Below, piece by piece: positions 9,081 through 18,817 of a DNA stretch of 64,000 nt. Position 1 is the stretch's first letter. Each line of letters opens with the position of its first letter. The notes beneath the pieces were generated by a model that made no database searches, was not told where the DNA came from, and saw only the letters and a program-made list of their open reading frames with translations. Both the position numbers and the translations under genes were made by a program. Source of the DNA: Candidatus Bathyarchaeota archaeon (GTDB lineage: Archaea > Thermoproteota > Bathyarchaeia > Bathyarchaeales > Bathycorpusculaceae); assembly GCA_963832745.1 (NCBI GenBank), contig CAWHVC010000005.1, forward strand, positions 416,001-480,000, in the 5' to 3' direction.

Positions 9081-11969
9081 ATGGCAAACCCAAGCGCAAC
9101 TTCAGTTTTCACCCTCCTTGCATCGCCAATCCAAGATGCCTTAGCCAAGCTTGGGTTTACAGAACCAACCTTGCCACAAACCAAAGCATTTCCAGCAGTT
9201 CTTAATAACGAAAACGTGCTGCTGGTTGCGCCGACGGGGAGCGGAAAAACAGAGGCGGTCATGTTGCCCGTTCTTTCAAAGCTTGTCGAGTTAAAAGAAA
9301 AACCCTTAGGAATTGCCGTAATTTATATTACTCCTCTGCGTGCGTTAAACCGTGATATGCTTAGGCGTTTGACTTTTTGGGCAGAAGAACTGGGCATAAC
9401 AACGCAAGTTCGCCATGGTGACACTGAACTAAAAACTCGGCGGCAGCAAGCCAAAAAACCACCCCAGATGTTGGTCACCACTCCCGAAACTTTACAGGCG
9501 ATTTTGCCGGGGGCACAGATGAGGCGACACCTCAAAACTGTTCAATACGTGATTGTGGATGAAGTGCATGATTTGGCTTCAAGCAAACGTGGAGCTCAAC
9601 TCTGCTTGGCATTGGAACGCCTACGTGAGGTTACTCAGAGGGATTTTCAGCGAATCGGCTTGTCCGCAACCGTTGGAAACCCCGAGGAAATCGCCAAATA
9701 CATCGCTGGAACCAACCGAAAAATCAACATAATCCAAGCGTCACCAGAAAAAAGTTACCACTACAATGTGGAGAATCCGTCGCCTGTGGAAGCCGATTAT
9801 GATGTTGCAGGAAAACTAGACACTTTACCCGAGGCGGCTGCACGGATTCGGCGTATGCTTGAGTTGATTGATTCTCACCAGTCAACCTTACTTTTTGTTA
9901 ACAGCCGCACCCTTGCTGAAGCGTTAGGGCACAAGTTTATGCTGTTACATCGTGACGACATTGCTGTCCACCATGGCTCCATTTCCAAAGAGGAACGGAT
10001 TGCCATTGAGGACGCTTTTAAGGCTGGCGAGTTGAAGGCAATTATTTGCACTAGTACATTGGAGTTAGGCATTGATGTTGGCAGCGTAGACTTGGTTATT
10101 CAGTACATGTCTCCAAGGCAAGTTAGCAGTCTTATTCAACGTGTTGGTAGAAGCGGTCACAGCCTTTCCAAAGCTTCAGAGGGCACCATTATCACCGTTT
10201 ACCCAGACGACACGTTAGAAGCTTTAGCCAGCGTCAAAAACGCAAAACAAGGCTTAATCGAGCCAGTCTTGATGCATGAAAAAGCCCTTGACGTGCTGGC
10301 GCATCAAATCTGCGGTTGCTTGATGGATGAGCAGCCTGTAACAGTCTCGGAGCTACTGCGGCTAATCCACCGTGCCCATCTTTACCGAAGCCTCCAGAAA
10401 AACGAGCTGCTTGACCTGCTACACTTTTTAGACAGCCTAAACCAATTAAGAATCAACGAAGACGACACGGTTTTGACCAAAACCCGAAAAACCCGCGAAT
10501 ACTACTACAACAACCTATCCATGATACCCGACGAACGCCGCTATCCAGTAATCAACATTTTGAGCGACCGCAAAATCGGCACTTTAGGCGACGAATTCAT
10601 GGCGTTGCACGCGCGGGTGGGCTTGAATTTTATTATGAAGGGCAAAGTGTGGCGTATTGTGCAGATAGAGGAAGAAACGGGAACGGTTCACGTGGTTCCT
10701 TCTGAGGACCCGATGGCGTCGGTGCCAGGTTGGGATGGAGAAATCTTGCCAGTACCGTTTGAGCTTGCACAACAGACCGGGGTTAATAGGCAAAAAATTG
10801 CTGATGCTCTAAAAATAACTGGCAATACGGAAGCGGCAGTGGAAGTTTTAGCCAAGGAATTAGGGTCAGACAAATTCAGCATGCAAACTGCCATCGCAGA
10901 AGTGGAAGAGCACATCAAGCAAGGTGCCCCACTGCCAACACAGGACCATATCGTGATTGAAGTTTACGACAAATACCTTGTTGTTCACGCCTGTTTTGGC
11001 GAATTGGTCAACAAGACATTGGGCGGCATCTTTGATACTGTGCTTTCGGAGCGGGAAGTTATTAGTGGCTGGTGGACTGACGGTTACCGCATCCTAATTG
11101 AGGGTCCACGCAAGTTTAACAAACTTGAAATCGCTGAGTTACCCCAAACCCTTTTCGGTCTAAACGACGAGCAAGTAGATTATGCGTTTGAGAAGTACTT
11201 GCAGGCCAAGTTCCCATTCGGTTATAAGATGAAGTTTGTTGCGGAACGCTTCGGCGTTTTGCCGCGCGGTAAAACGATGAGTTACCAACGCCAAGCCGAA
11301 CTCAAATCGCGTTTTGATAATACGCCGGTTTACCGTGAAACCATCAGGGAAGCCATGATGGAAAAAGTCGACCTTGAACGCGCCAAACAGGTAATGCGGG
11401 ACGTTAAAGAGGGCAAAATTAAGGTTTCAACCCTAATTGACTACGAAAATCCCACGCCACTTGCTTATCACATTCTATCCAAGTTTGCCGACGTAACCGA
11501 GCTGATGGCGCCCGAACGCGTAATCGTCAACAACATAGACAAACTCAAAATGGCAATAGACGCACGCGAAACCACGCTCATGTGCATGAAATGCGGTCAA
11601 TGGAGCACACACCAAAAAATCAAAGAACTGTCAGACCAGCCAGAATGCGGAAACTGCGGCTCAAACCTGCTTGCACCCCTGTATCGAAGCCAAGACGAAT
11701 CCCATTTACGAGATATGCTTCAGCGTAGGCGTGAAAGCAAAGAATTAACTCCGGAAGAGCTTAAAGAACTTAGCCAAGCACGTCGCAAAGCGGATTTGGT
11801 TTTGAGTTACGGCAAAGACGCGGTTAGAGCATTGCAGGTTAAAGGGGTAGGCCCAGAAACTGCCTCACGCATTCTAGGCAAAATGCATCCAGAAGAGAAC
11901 AAATTTTATTTGGACCTGCTAAAGGCTAAGATACAGTTTCTTCGTACAAGAGAATTCTGGGACAAATAA
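9081..11969 (+). CDS. lhr: Lhr-like SF2 DEAD/DEAH helicase with C-terminal Cys-rich zinc-ribbon
   Basis: APTGSGKT, TPLRALNRD, DEVH, LSAT, LELGIDVG, QRVGRSGH, SMIPDE; CMKC/CGNC. Confidence 0.92.
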   Translation: MANPSATSVFTLLASPIQDALAKLGFTEPTLPQTKAFPAVLNNENVLLVAPTGSGKTEAVMLPVLSKLVELKEKPLGIAVIYITPLRALNRDMLRRLTFWAEELGITTQVRHGDTELKTRRQQAKKPPQMLVTTPETLQAILPGAQMRRHLKTVQYVIVDEVHDLASSKRGAQLCLALERLREVTQRDFQRIGLSATVGNPEEIAKYIAGTNRKINIIQASPEKSYHYNVENPSPVEADYDVAGKLDTLPEAAARIRRMLELIDSHQSTLLFVNSRTLAEALGHKFMLLHRDDIAVHHGSISKEERIAIEDAFKAGELKAIICTSTLELGIDVGSVDLVIQYMSPRQVSSLIQRVGRSGHSLSKASEGTIITVYPDDTLEALASVKNAKQGLIEPVLMHEKALDVLAHQICGCLMDEQPVTVSELLRLIHRAHLYRSLQKNELLDLLHFLDSLNQLRINEDDTVLTKTRKTREYYYNNLSMIPDERRYPVINILSDRKIGTLGDEFMALHARVGLNFIMKGKVWRIVQIEEETGTVHVVPSEDPMASVPGWDGEILPVPFELAQQTGVNRQKIADALKITGNTEAAVEVLAKELGSDKFSMQTAIAEVEEHIKQGAPLPTQDHIVIEVYDKYLVVHACFGELVNKTLGGIFDTVLSEREVISGWWTDGYRILIEGPRKFNKLEIAELPQTLFGLNDEQVDYAFEKYLQAKFPFGYKMKFVAERFGVLPRGKTMSYQRQAELKSRFDNTPVYRETIREAMMEKVDLERAKQVMRDVKEGKIKVSTLIDYENPTPLAYHILSKFADVTELMAPERVIVNNIDKLKMAIDARETTLMCMKCGQWSTHQKIKELSDQPECGNCGSNLLAPLYRSQDESHLRDMLQRRRESKELTPEELKELSQARRKADLVLSYGKDAVRALQVKGVGPETASRILGKMHPEENKFYLDLLKAKIQFLRTREFWDK

Positions 11970-11976
11970 AGTCAGA

Positions 11977-12050
11977 ACCAACCCATTTGGATGCTATTAG
12001 AAACTCATTGCAGAAACCTATAGGGGTAGGTGCTATTGGAGTTTCTGCAA
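11977..12050 (+). repeat. Dispersed intergenic repeat, copy 1 (contains 10-bp inverted repeat TTGCAGAAAC/GTTTCTGCAA)
   Basis: ACCAACCCATTTGGATGCTATTAGAAACTCATTGCAGAAACCTATAGGGGTAGGT resembles copies at 22.3, 30.4 and 53.8 kb. Confidence 0.8.
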
Positions 12051-12084
12051 GTCAAAGTATGTTGAAAAAGGGAAAGTAAAGAGT

Positions 12085-14967
12085 TTATTCGATGTAAATT
12101 GCTGGTTGATACGGCATTGCCATCGGTGCACGGTTTTTGGGGTCAAAACGGTCTTTGTCGTCTTCACTGTAAACGCTGACTTCAGCTCCGAAACGGTCCT
12201 TAAGGAAACCCAAAGCGTCGGCAACAATCTGCTTCTCATCGACGGTTTGGATTTTAACCATGTTTGCTTTTCGGTTACTTGCCAGTTTTGTTGATGCTTT
12301 GATGATTTTGGGTACCAAGGCGGCGATGTCTTTCATGTGTGGTTTAAGTTCAGGGTCTGCGGCGAATTCTTTCATGAGTTCGGGAATTTTCGCTTCACCG
12401 GAAACGACTTTTTCGAGGACTTTTAAGTAGATTTGCCATTTCCAAGCTGCAGCAGCGTAGAAGACGAGGCGTTTGGGCGTGATTTTGGTTGCTTTGAGGA
12501 TGTTTTGTGTGTCGGTTAAGATGTCGGTGATTAGGTTTTCTTGCTCTTCAGCGGCAAAATCCAGTTTAGCTTCGTCAAACTCTGGCCATTTAGCTACACT
12601 AATAAAGCCAGTTTCGCCTGTTTGGCTCCAAAGTTCCTCACACATATAAGGAGCAAACGGGGTAAGCATCTTAATCCAAACCTTAACCGTCTCGACAAGC
12701 GCGGCTGCGTTTGCGTTGCCTTTCCTTTGAATGTACCATCGCAGGTCATTCCACACTTCGAAAAGCGCCGTTTGCAGCGCAGTGCGTGTTTTAAGTTCAT
12801 CAAGACTCTCGGTAACTTCACGGATGCGGTACTGCAGTTTGCTTTGCAGCCAACGTTCCAGCACAGTGTTTTCATCCTGTTTGGTGGTTGCGATGATGTT
12901 GCTTGCAAAACCATTTAGGGATTCAAACTTGGTTTTGAGGTCGCTTACGTTGTCTGCTCGCCAGTCTGGGTCATCCATGCCTTCAGCGCCAATCATGAGT
13001 CCACAGCGGGTGGCGTCTGCGCCGTATTTGTCGATGGCGCCTTTCATTGTGATGAAGTTGCCTTTGCTTTTGTGCATGCCTTGACCTTCAACCATGAGCA
13101 TGCCGTTTACGCCGATGCCTTTTGGCCAATGTTCTGGCGGGAACAGGGCGGCGTGGTGGAAGATGCAGAATGAGAGGTGGTTGGGTACGAGTTCTTTTGC
13201 AGAGTTTCTTAGGTCGAATGGGTACCAGTAAAGGAATTCGTTGCGCATTGAATCTAAAAGCTCAACGCTGATGCCGGTTGCGGTGCTAATTTGGTTTTTG
13301 TCGCCTTTGCCATAGTAAATGTAGTCAAAAACTTCTGGAACAAGCGCTTCTGGAGCGATCTTGTTTTGGTTAATGTGCTTGTTTATGGTGTAGAATGCCA
13401 TGTAAATGGTGGAGTCGCTTAAGGTTTCAATTATCCAGCCTTTACCCCAGGGCAACGGCGTTCCAAAACCGGTGGTTCTTGCGCAAGCCCATTCACGGAG
13501 CCAATCGATGGTGGTGTAGAAGCCTGTGCGGGCGCCTTCAGGGTAAATCCTCATTTGCGCCACCACTTCTTTGGCTTTCTCTTTCCACTGCGGGTCAGAA
13601 TAGTTTAGAAACCATTGGTCAGAAAGAATCTTGACAATGCACTGTGTCATGCATCGGCAAACCACTTGTTCAGGCAAATCATACATGCTGTCGGAAACGC
13701 CAAGTTTGTGGAAGTCAGCAATCAATAAATCTTTAACTTCACGGATTGATTTGCCAGCGTAGACGCCGCAGTTGGGTTTTAGTTTGCCGCTGTGGAATTC
13801 TTTCTTGTAAAGCTCTTTAGTGGCTTGATCCGCTTTGGGGTCATGCTGATCTTTGATTCCCATCTGCTCAACAATTTCAACAGCTGGATACTCTCCGAAC
13901 CCGTCAACTTTAATGATTGAAATCGGCTTAATCTGCAAAACCACTTGTGGGTCAACACCGAAATCGCGCATGACTTCGGGTTTCTGCTGCAAATCCTTCA
14001 ATGCCAACCAGTCGAAGGGTGCGTGAGCAGGAACGCTGTAAACGACACCTGTTGCCGTTTTGGGATCAACAAACCAGCCTGGCAGGATCGGGAACTTTTC
14101 GTGGGTAACTGGATTTTCAAATGTTTTGCCGATTAATTCTTTACCTTTGAAAACGCGGTGTATTGTGACGGTTTTTTGTTGCTCTTTTAGTTTTTCTGCG
14201 GCTTCTTGGCTGATTATCCAGTTTTCACTGTTAACCGTGGCTTCTACGTAGGTAGAGTCGGGGTTAATCCACAAGTTGGTTATGCCGTAAATGGTTTCTG
14301 GACGGAAAGTTGCTGCTGGCAAAACTGTGGTTTCATCAAGTTTGTACTTGATTATAGTGTATTCTTCAGGGGTTACGCCTTCACCGATTTGACGGTCATG
14401 GTCGCCGGTGGGGCTTTGGTCTTTTGGACACCAAACAACCGGATGAGTGCCCCGTGTAACGTAGCCTTTTTCTTTTAGGTTTTTGTATTGCCATTCAATA
14501 AATTTCTGAAAAGTCGGCCAAACCGTAGTGAATTCTCTGCGCCAGTCAACTGAGAATCCGATGCGTTTAGCGGCGATTTTGCCTTCACTTGTGTAATATT
14601 GAGCCATATATTTTGGGTCAACAAACTTTTGCAGTTGCTCTTCTGGGACGCCGTCTACTTCGCGCAGGACACGGATGAATTCTTGGTCGCCTCTTGCTAC
14701 ACGTTGACTTGCACCCAGCAGAGGTTGTCCAGTCCAATGCCATGCCCAAGGCCAAAGCACGTTGTAGCCTTGCATGCGTTTGAAGCGGGCGTAAGCGTCA
14801 ACTCTGCTGGCGGAGAAAGCGTGACCAACATGTAAGGGTCCGTTCATGTATGGGAACGGGAATGTTACCATTACTTTTTGTCTTGCCGGGTCTGGGTCTG
14901 CTTCGAATATGTGTGCGGCTTCCCATCGGGATAGCCATTTTTCCTCGACTTGCTTTGTTTGGCTCAT
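12085..14967 (-). CDS. leuS: Leucine--tRNA ligase (archaeal type)
   Basis: FPFPYMNGPLHVGH, ATFRPET, SVPAHAPFD editing domain, IETLSDSTIYMA, KMSKS variant GMHKS. Confidence 0.96.
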   Translation of the reverse strand: MSQTKQVEEKWLSRWEAAHIFEADPDPARQKVMVTFPFPYMNGPLHVGHAFSASRVDAYARFKRMQGYNVLWPWAWHWTGQPLLGASQRVARGDQEFIRVLREVDGVPEEQLQKFVDPKYMAQYYTSEGKIAAKRIGFSVDWRREFTTVWPTFQKFIEWQYKNLKEKGYVTRGTHPVVWCPKDQSPTGDHDRQIGEGVTPEEYTIIKYKLDETTVLPAATFRPETIYGITNLWINPDSTYVEATVNSENWIISQEAAEKLKEQQKTVTIHRVFKGKELIGKTFENPVTHEKFPILPGWFVDPKTATGVVYSVPAHAPFDWLALKDLQQKPEVMRDFGVDPQVVLQIKPISIIKVDGFGEYPAVEIVEQMGIKDQHDPKADQATKELYKKEFHSGKLKPNCGVYAGKSIREVKDLLIADFHKLGVSDSMYDLPEQVVCRCMTQCIVKILSDQWFLNYSDPQWKEKAKEVVAQMRIYPEGARTGFYTTIDWLREWACARTTGFGTPLPWGKGWIIETLSDSTIYMAFYTINKHINQNKIAPEALVPEVFDYIYYGKGDKNQISTATGISVELLDSMRNEFLYWYPFDLRNSAKELVPNHLSFCIFHHAALFPPEHWPKGIGVNGMLMVEGQGMHKSKGNFITMKGAIDKYGADATRCGLMIGAEGMDDPDWRADNVSDLKTKFESLNGFASNIIATTKQDENTVLERWLQSKLQYRIREVTESLDELKTRTALQTALFEVWNDLRWYIQRKGNANAAALVETVKVWIKMLTPFAPYMCEELWSQTGETGFISVAKWPEFDEAKLDFAAEEQENLITDILTDTQNILKATKITPKRLVFYAAAAWKWQIYLKVLEKVVSGEAKIPELMKEFAADPELKPHMKDIAALVPKIIKASTKLASNRKANMVKIQTVDEKQIVADALGFLKDRFGAEVSVYSEDDKDRFDPKNRAPMAMPYQPAIYIE

Positions 14968-15102
14968 GAAACCTGTTGAGTAAGAATTTAGCTATTAAGA
15001 CTTTTGCTTCCTAACCATTTTTGAATTATACAGAAAACGTAAAAGCAAGCGTATAGCGGTGGTTAAGAAAAAGTTAAATCAGGTTACCGCTAACGATACT
15101 TT

Positions 15103-16113
15103 ATGTCAAGGGAAAGCTTAGCGGAAAAACTAATAGCTACATTGAACCAGAAAAGCGAAAAAGCCATTGACGCAGCAAAACAGTTAATTTTAGAAGAAAA
15201 ATTTTGTGGGGAAAAAGTTAACCAGACTCTTGAACAGTACACTGCAAAGTGGAGTGATAGCACAAGACCGGGAACGTTGGCTTTAGCGTTTGAAGCCGTA
15301 GGGGGAAACCCGGGTGATGTGGTGCCTCTTCAGACTGCGTTAGTGCTTATTGACGCCACAATGGATGTTCATGACGACATTATTGATGGTTCAATCGCCA
15401 AAAAGAACGTTAGAACGGTTTATGGCAAACTTGGGAAAGAAGCCACTTTGCTTCTGGGCGACGCTTTTATGGTTAAAGGTTTTAGGCAACTAAATAAGGC
15501 CACCGAGAATTTATCGAAAGAAAAAAGACAACAAATTGTAGATGCAGTTAACAGTTTTCTTCTTGAAGTAGTTGACGCACACATCAGCGAAGCACAGTTA
15601 AAGACTAAGAAGTGGAATATAACTCCTGAAACGTACCTGCAAGTTTTAACTGGTAAAGCGGCTGATATTGATGGGCGCATGAAAGTTGGCGCTATTTTTG
15701 GTGGAGGGTCACCAGGTGAGGTTGAAGCTTTGGGCAAGCTTGGAAGAAACCTTGGGGTTTTGCTGGTGATTAGGGCAGAATATGTGGACATGTTTGAGAC
15801 TGATGAGTTATCAAACCGTGTTAAGAATGAATGTTTACCCTTGCCTGTACTCTATGCCATTCAAAACAGGACCGCGAAAGGAAAAATCAAAAAAATCTTG
15901 TTAAAAGAAAAAATTACTCAAAAGGATTGCGAAGCTGTTCTTGAAATTTTGGACAAATCGAAGGAAATGAAAAATCTTAAAGAATATTTAGCAAAAATTG
16001 CTTTTGAATCAAAAATATTGGCAGAAAGTATAAAGGGAATTCAAGCACGAAACGACTTAAACAATTTAATCGCTTCATTGCTTGAAAATCTTATAGTCCT
16101 CTTTAGATGGTAA
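15103..16113 (+). CDS. Polyprenyl synthetase-family protein with degenerate motifs
   Basis: First Asp-rich motif HDDIID present; RRG replaced by KKN; second Asp-rich motif replaced by IRAEYVD. Confidence 0.8.
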   Translation: MSRESLAEKLIATLNQKSEKAIDAAKQLILEEKFCGEKVNQTLEQYTAKWSDSTRPGTLALAFEAVGGNPGDVVPLQTALVLIDATMDVHDDIIDGSIAKKNVRTVYGKLGKEATLLLGDAFMVKGFRQLNKATENLSKEKRQQIVDAVNSFLLEVVDAHISEAQLKTKKWNITPETYLQVLTGKAADIDGRMKVGAIFGGGSPGEVEALGKLGRNLGVLLVIRAEYVDMFETDELSNRVKNECLPLPVLYAIQNRTAKGKIKKILLKEKITQKDCEAVLEILDKSKEMKNLKEYLAKIAFESKILAESIKGIQARNDLNNLIASLLENLIVLFRW

Positions 16114-16153
16114 AGCGGACTGGTTTCTTTCTCACTTGTTTAACTGCCTTCAT
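16103..16153 (-). CDS. Putative 16-aa basic peptide MKAVKQVRKKPVRFTI
   Basis: ATG at 16153, SD AGGTGA at 16164-16159, BRE/TATA CAAAG-CTTATATT ~35 nt upstream of the ATG. Confidence 0.6.
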   Translation of the reverse strand: MKAVKQVRKKPVRFTI

Positions 16154-16295
16154 CCCTTTCACCTGTATATCTGTAGAACGCAGACACAATATAAGCTTTG
16201 TTGTACTACAGACATACAAGTGATAAAAAGCATGCTAAAAATACGTATTTTAGATTCATAAGGTTATAGGGCATGTATGCAATAGCACTACTTAG

Positions 16296-17613
16296 ATGTG
16301 CAAAACAAAACTCACCGATTGGCCAGTACTTTTTCTGGTTGCGAACAGCATATCCTGGTTTAGCCTTACCATGCTTATTATCGGAGATTTTGCTGGAGCA
16401 TATTCAACAAATGAAACATTAACTATTGCAGCAGGCTATTTCGGTGGCCTAATAATATCGGCAACAATAGGCGCCACCATTTTACAAAACAAATTAAGAA
16501 ACAAAGGGTTTTTGGCCTCATGGATTCTCTTTGGTGTTGCAACGTGCATAATATTTTCCCAAGTGGGCTTCACGGACGTTTTAAACATTACTTTAGCCTC
16601 ACTAGTCCTCGGAGTATCAGTGGGTTTAGGAATACCAACATGTTTTTCATTCTTTGCAAATCAAACAAAAATTGAAAACAGGGGAAAAATAGGGGCAATA
16701 CTGTTCTTTCTCATCCAATTTTTCAGTGCCATAATAATTCTTTCACAAACTGACATGGGAATCAGCAATCAATTTTTAATACTTGCATTATGGCGATTGA
16801 TAGGCGCAGTAGGAATCATTAGTTACAAATCACCATTGAATCAACAAAAAGAACCGGCGACATCCATTAGGTCAATCATCAAAGAAAGACCCGTTCTCCT
16901 TTTCTTCCTGCCATGGTTCCTGTTTACCTTAGTGAATTTTATTGAGTCACCAGTAATTGAGACTTATTTTGGTCCAGAACTTTTCAATAGTTCAGTGATA
17001 GCAACCACTTTTATTAGCAGCATTTCAGCGTTCCTTGCCGGAACGCTCTGCGATATCAAAGGTCGAAAAATCACAGGCATAATAGGTTTCGTTCTTTTAG
17101 GCTTAGGTTACGCGTTTCTAAGTTTTCTTAACTGGTCCTGAGAAGATTATTGCACAATATCTGTACATTTTATGCGATGGATTAGCATGGGGCATTCTTT
17201 TTGTTACATTCATTTTTGTCGTGTGGGGAGACTTATCAGAAGGCAAAAACCGTGAAAAATATTATCTTGTGGGCAGCATGCCTTTCCTCTTTTCAGGCAT
17301 GATAGAAATGCTAATTCAACCAATTGCAAAGGACATTGCTATAGGCACAGCATTTTCTCTTGCCAGTTTCTTCTTGTTCTTAGCAATCGTCCCATTGCTT
17401 TATACAACTGAAACTTTGCCTGAAAAAGCCATGAAAGATAGGGACCTTAAGAGTTATCTTGAAAAAGCTCAAAAAGTTGCTGAAAAAGAAGCCGCCAAAA
17501 AACATCATAAAGAAAAATCTAAATCTCAGAAAAAAGAAGAAAAGGAAACTGCTGAGGAAGAGAATTTTAAAGAGTACGAAGAAGCTCAAAAATTGGCAGA
17601 ACAATACTATTAA
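16296..17613 (+). pseudogene. MFS transporter split by a single frameshift near 17125 (or a sequencing error)
   Basis: Multi-TM ORF (ENRGK, DIKGRK motifs) continues in another frame as ...CDGLAWGILFVTFIFVVWGDLSEG...ETLPEK. Confidence 0.8.
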
Positions 17614-17637
17614 GCACGCGTTACGTAATGGCTTGGC

Positions 17638-18768
17638 ATGTTCTTTCACGTGATACTCACCACGGACTGCAACCTTCAATGTAAATACTGCTTCGGCGAA
17701 TCCCTTGACGATTTTGACGAAGACTTCAGTGACGACTTAACAGTAGACTATTCATTGCCAAGAAAAATCACTTATAACATCAAAATGTTAAAAGAATTTT
17801 GCAGCAAAGACCCCGACTGTGTATTGACGTTTTATGGCGGCGAACCTTTGATGCAGATGGAGCCGCTTAAGCAAATCATGGACAATATTGAACCTAAAAT
17901 GTACATGATGCAAACCAACGGTTTACTTCTTGACAAACTTGAGTCCAAGTACGTTAACCGTTTCCACACCCTGCTTGTCTCAGTTGACGGCGAGGAAGTT
18001 TTAACTGATTATTACCGTGGAGCGGGCACTTTTCGCAAAGTCGTCGATAACCTAAAACTCATAAAACAAAACGGCTTCAAAGGCGAATTAATCGCCAGAG
18101 TCACAGTGATGGAGCAAACAGACATTTACAAACAAATCCGCTGGCTACTTGAAAACAAAGAGTTCCCATTCACTTCGTTACATTGGCAGCTTAACGCTGG
18201 TTTCTGGGGCAACGATTACCAAAGACGCAACTTCAAAGAGTGGTCAGAAACCAACTATATTCCAGGTGTTAGGGCGCTTGTCAAATTCTGGGTTGATACT
18301 ATGGAACAGAAAGGTCAGGTGCTAAAGCTTTACCCAATTTTAGGCGTAGCATACTCAATGCTGCATGATGAAAACGTGAATTTTCTGCGTTGCGGCGGCG
18401 GATGGGTAAATTATGCCATTCAAACAGACGGTTACATTTTGGCTTGTCCAACAATGTGGGGAATGACGCAGCATTACCTGGGACACATCGCTGATGCACA
18501 TCCGCTTAAGCTTGAGAAAGTGTTTGTTAATCAGCCGCCTTGCTCTGAATGTGAAATTCTAAACATGTGCGGTGGCAGATGCTACTACGCCAACGTAACG
18601 CAACGGTGGAGCGTGGATGCTTACAAGGAAGTCTGCAACACAGTCAAAGCCCTTGTTGATGATGTCTCAGTGGAGGTTCCACGCATAAAACAGTTAATAG
18701 CTCAAGAAAAAATCAGCTTAGCAGATTTTGACTTTATCAAATACAACGGCGCTGAAATCATTCCATAA
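17638..18768 (+). CDS. Radical SAM/SPASM protein, TIGR04084 (AF0577)-like
   Basis: CNLQCKYC, FYGGEPL, MQTNG, SPASM CGGG...ACP...CSECEILNMCGGRC, C-terminal EIIP. Confidence 0.88.
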   Translation: MFFHVILTTDCNLQCKYCFGESLDDFDEDFSDDLTVDYSLPRKITYNIKMLKEFCSKDPDCVLTFYGGEPLMQMEPLKQIMDNIEPKMYMMQTNGLLLDKLESKYVNRFHTLLVSVDGEEVLTDYYRGAGTFRKVVDNLKLIKQNGFKGELIARVTVMEQTDIYKQIRWLLENKEFPFTSLHWQLNAGFWGNDYQRRNFKEWSETNYIPGVRALVKFWVDTMEQKGQVLKLYPILGVAYSMLHDENVNFLRCGGGWVNYAIQTDGYILACPTMWGMTQHYLGHIADAHPLKLEKVFVNQPPCSECEILNMCGGRCYYANVTQRWSVDAYKEVCNTVKALVDDVSVEVPRIKQLIAQEKISLADFDFIKYNGAEIIP

Positions 18769-18817
18769 ATAACCCTTTTTTATGAATTGCAACCCATTTT
18801 TCGAGTTTTAGAAATAG

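Noticed and set aside
17139-17141. TGA recoding (selenocysteine) in the MFS gene
   Set aside because: The continuation is in a different frame, so this is a frameshift rather than readthrough.
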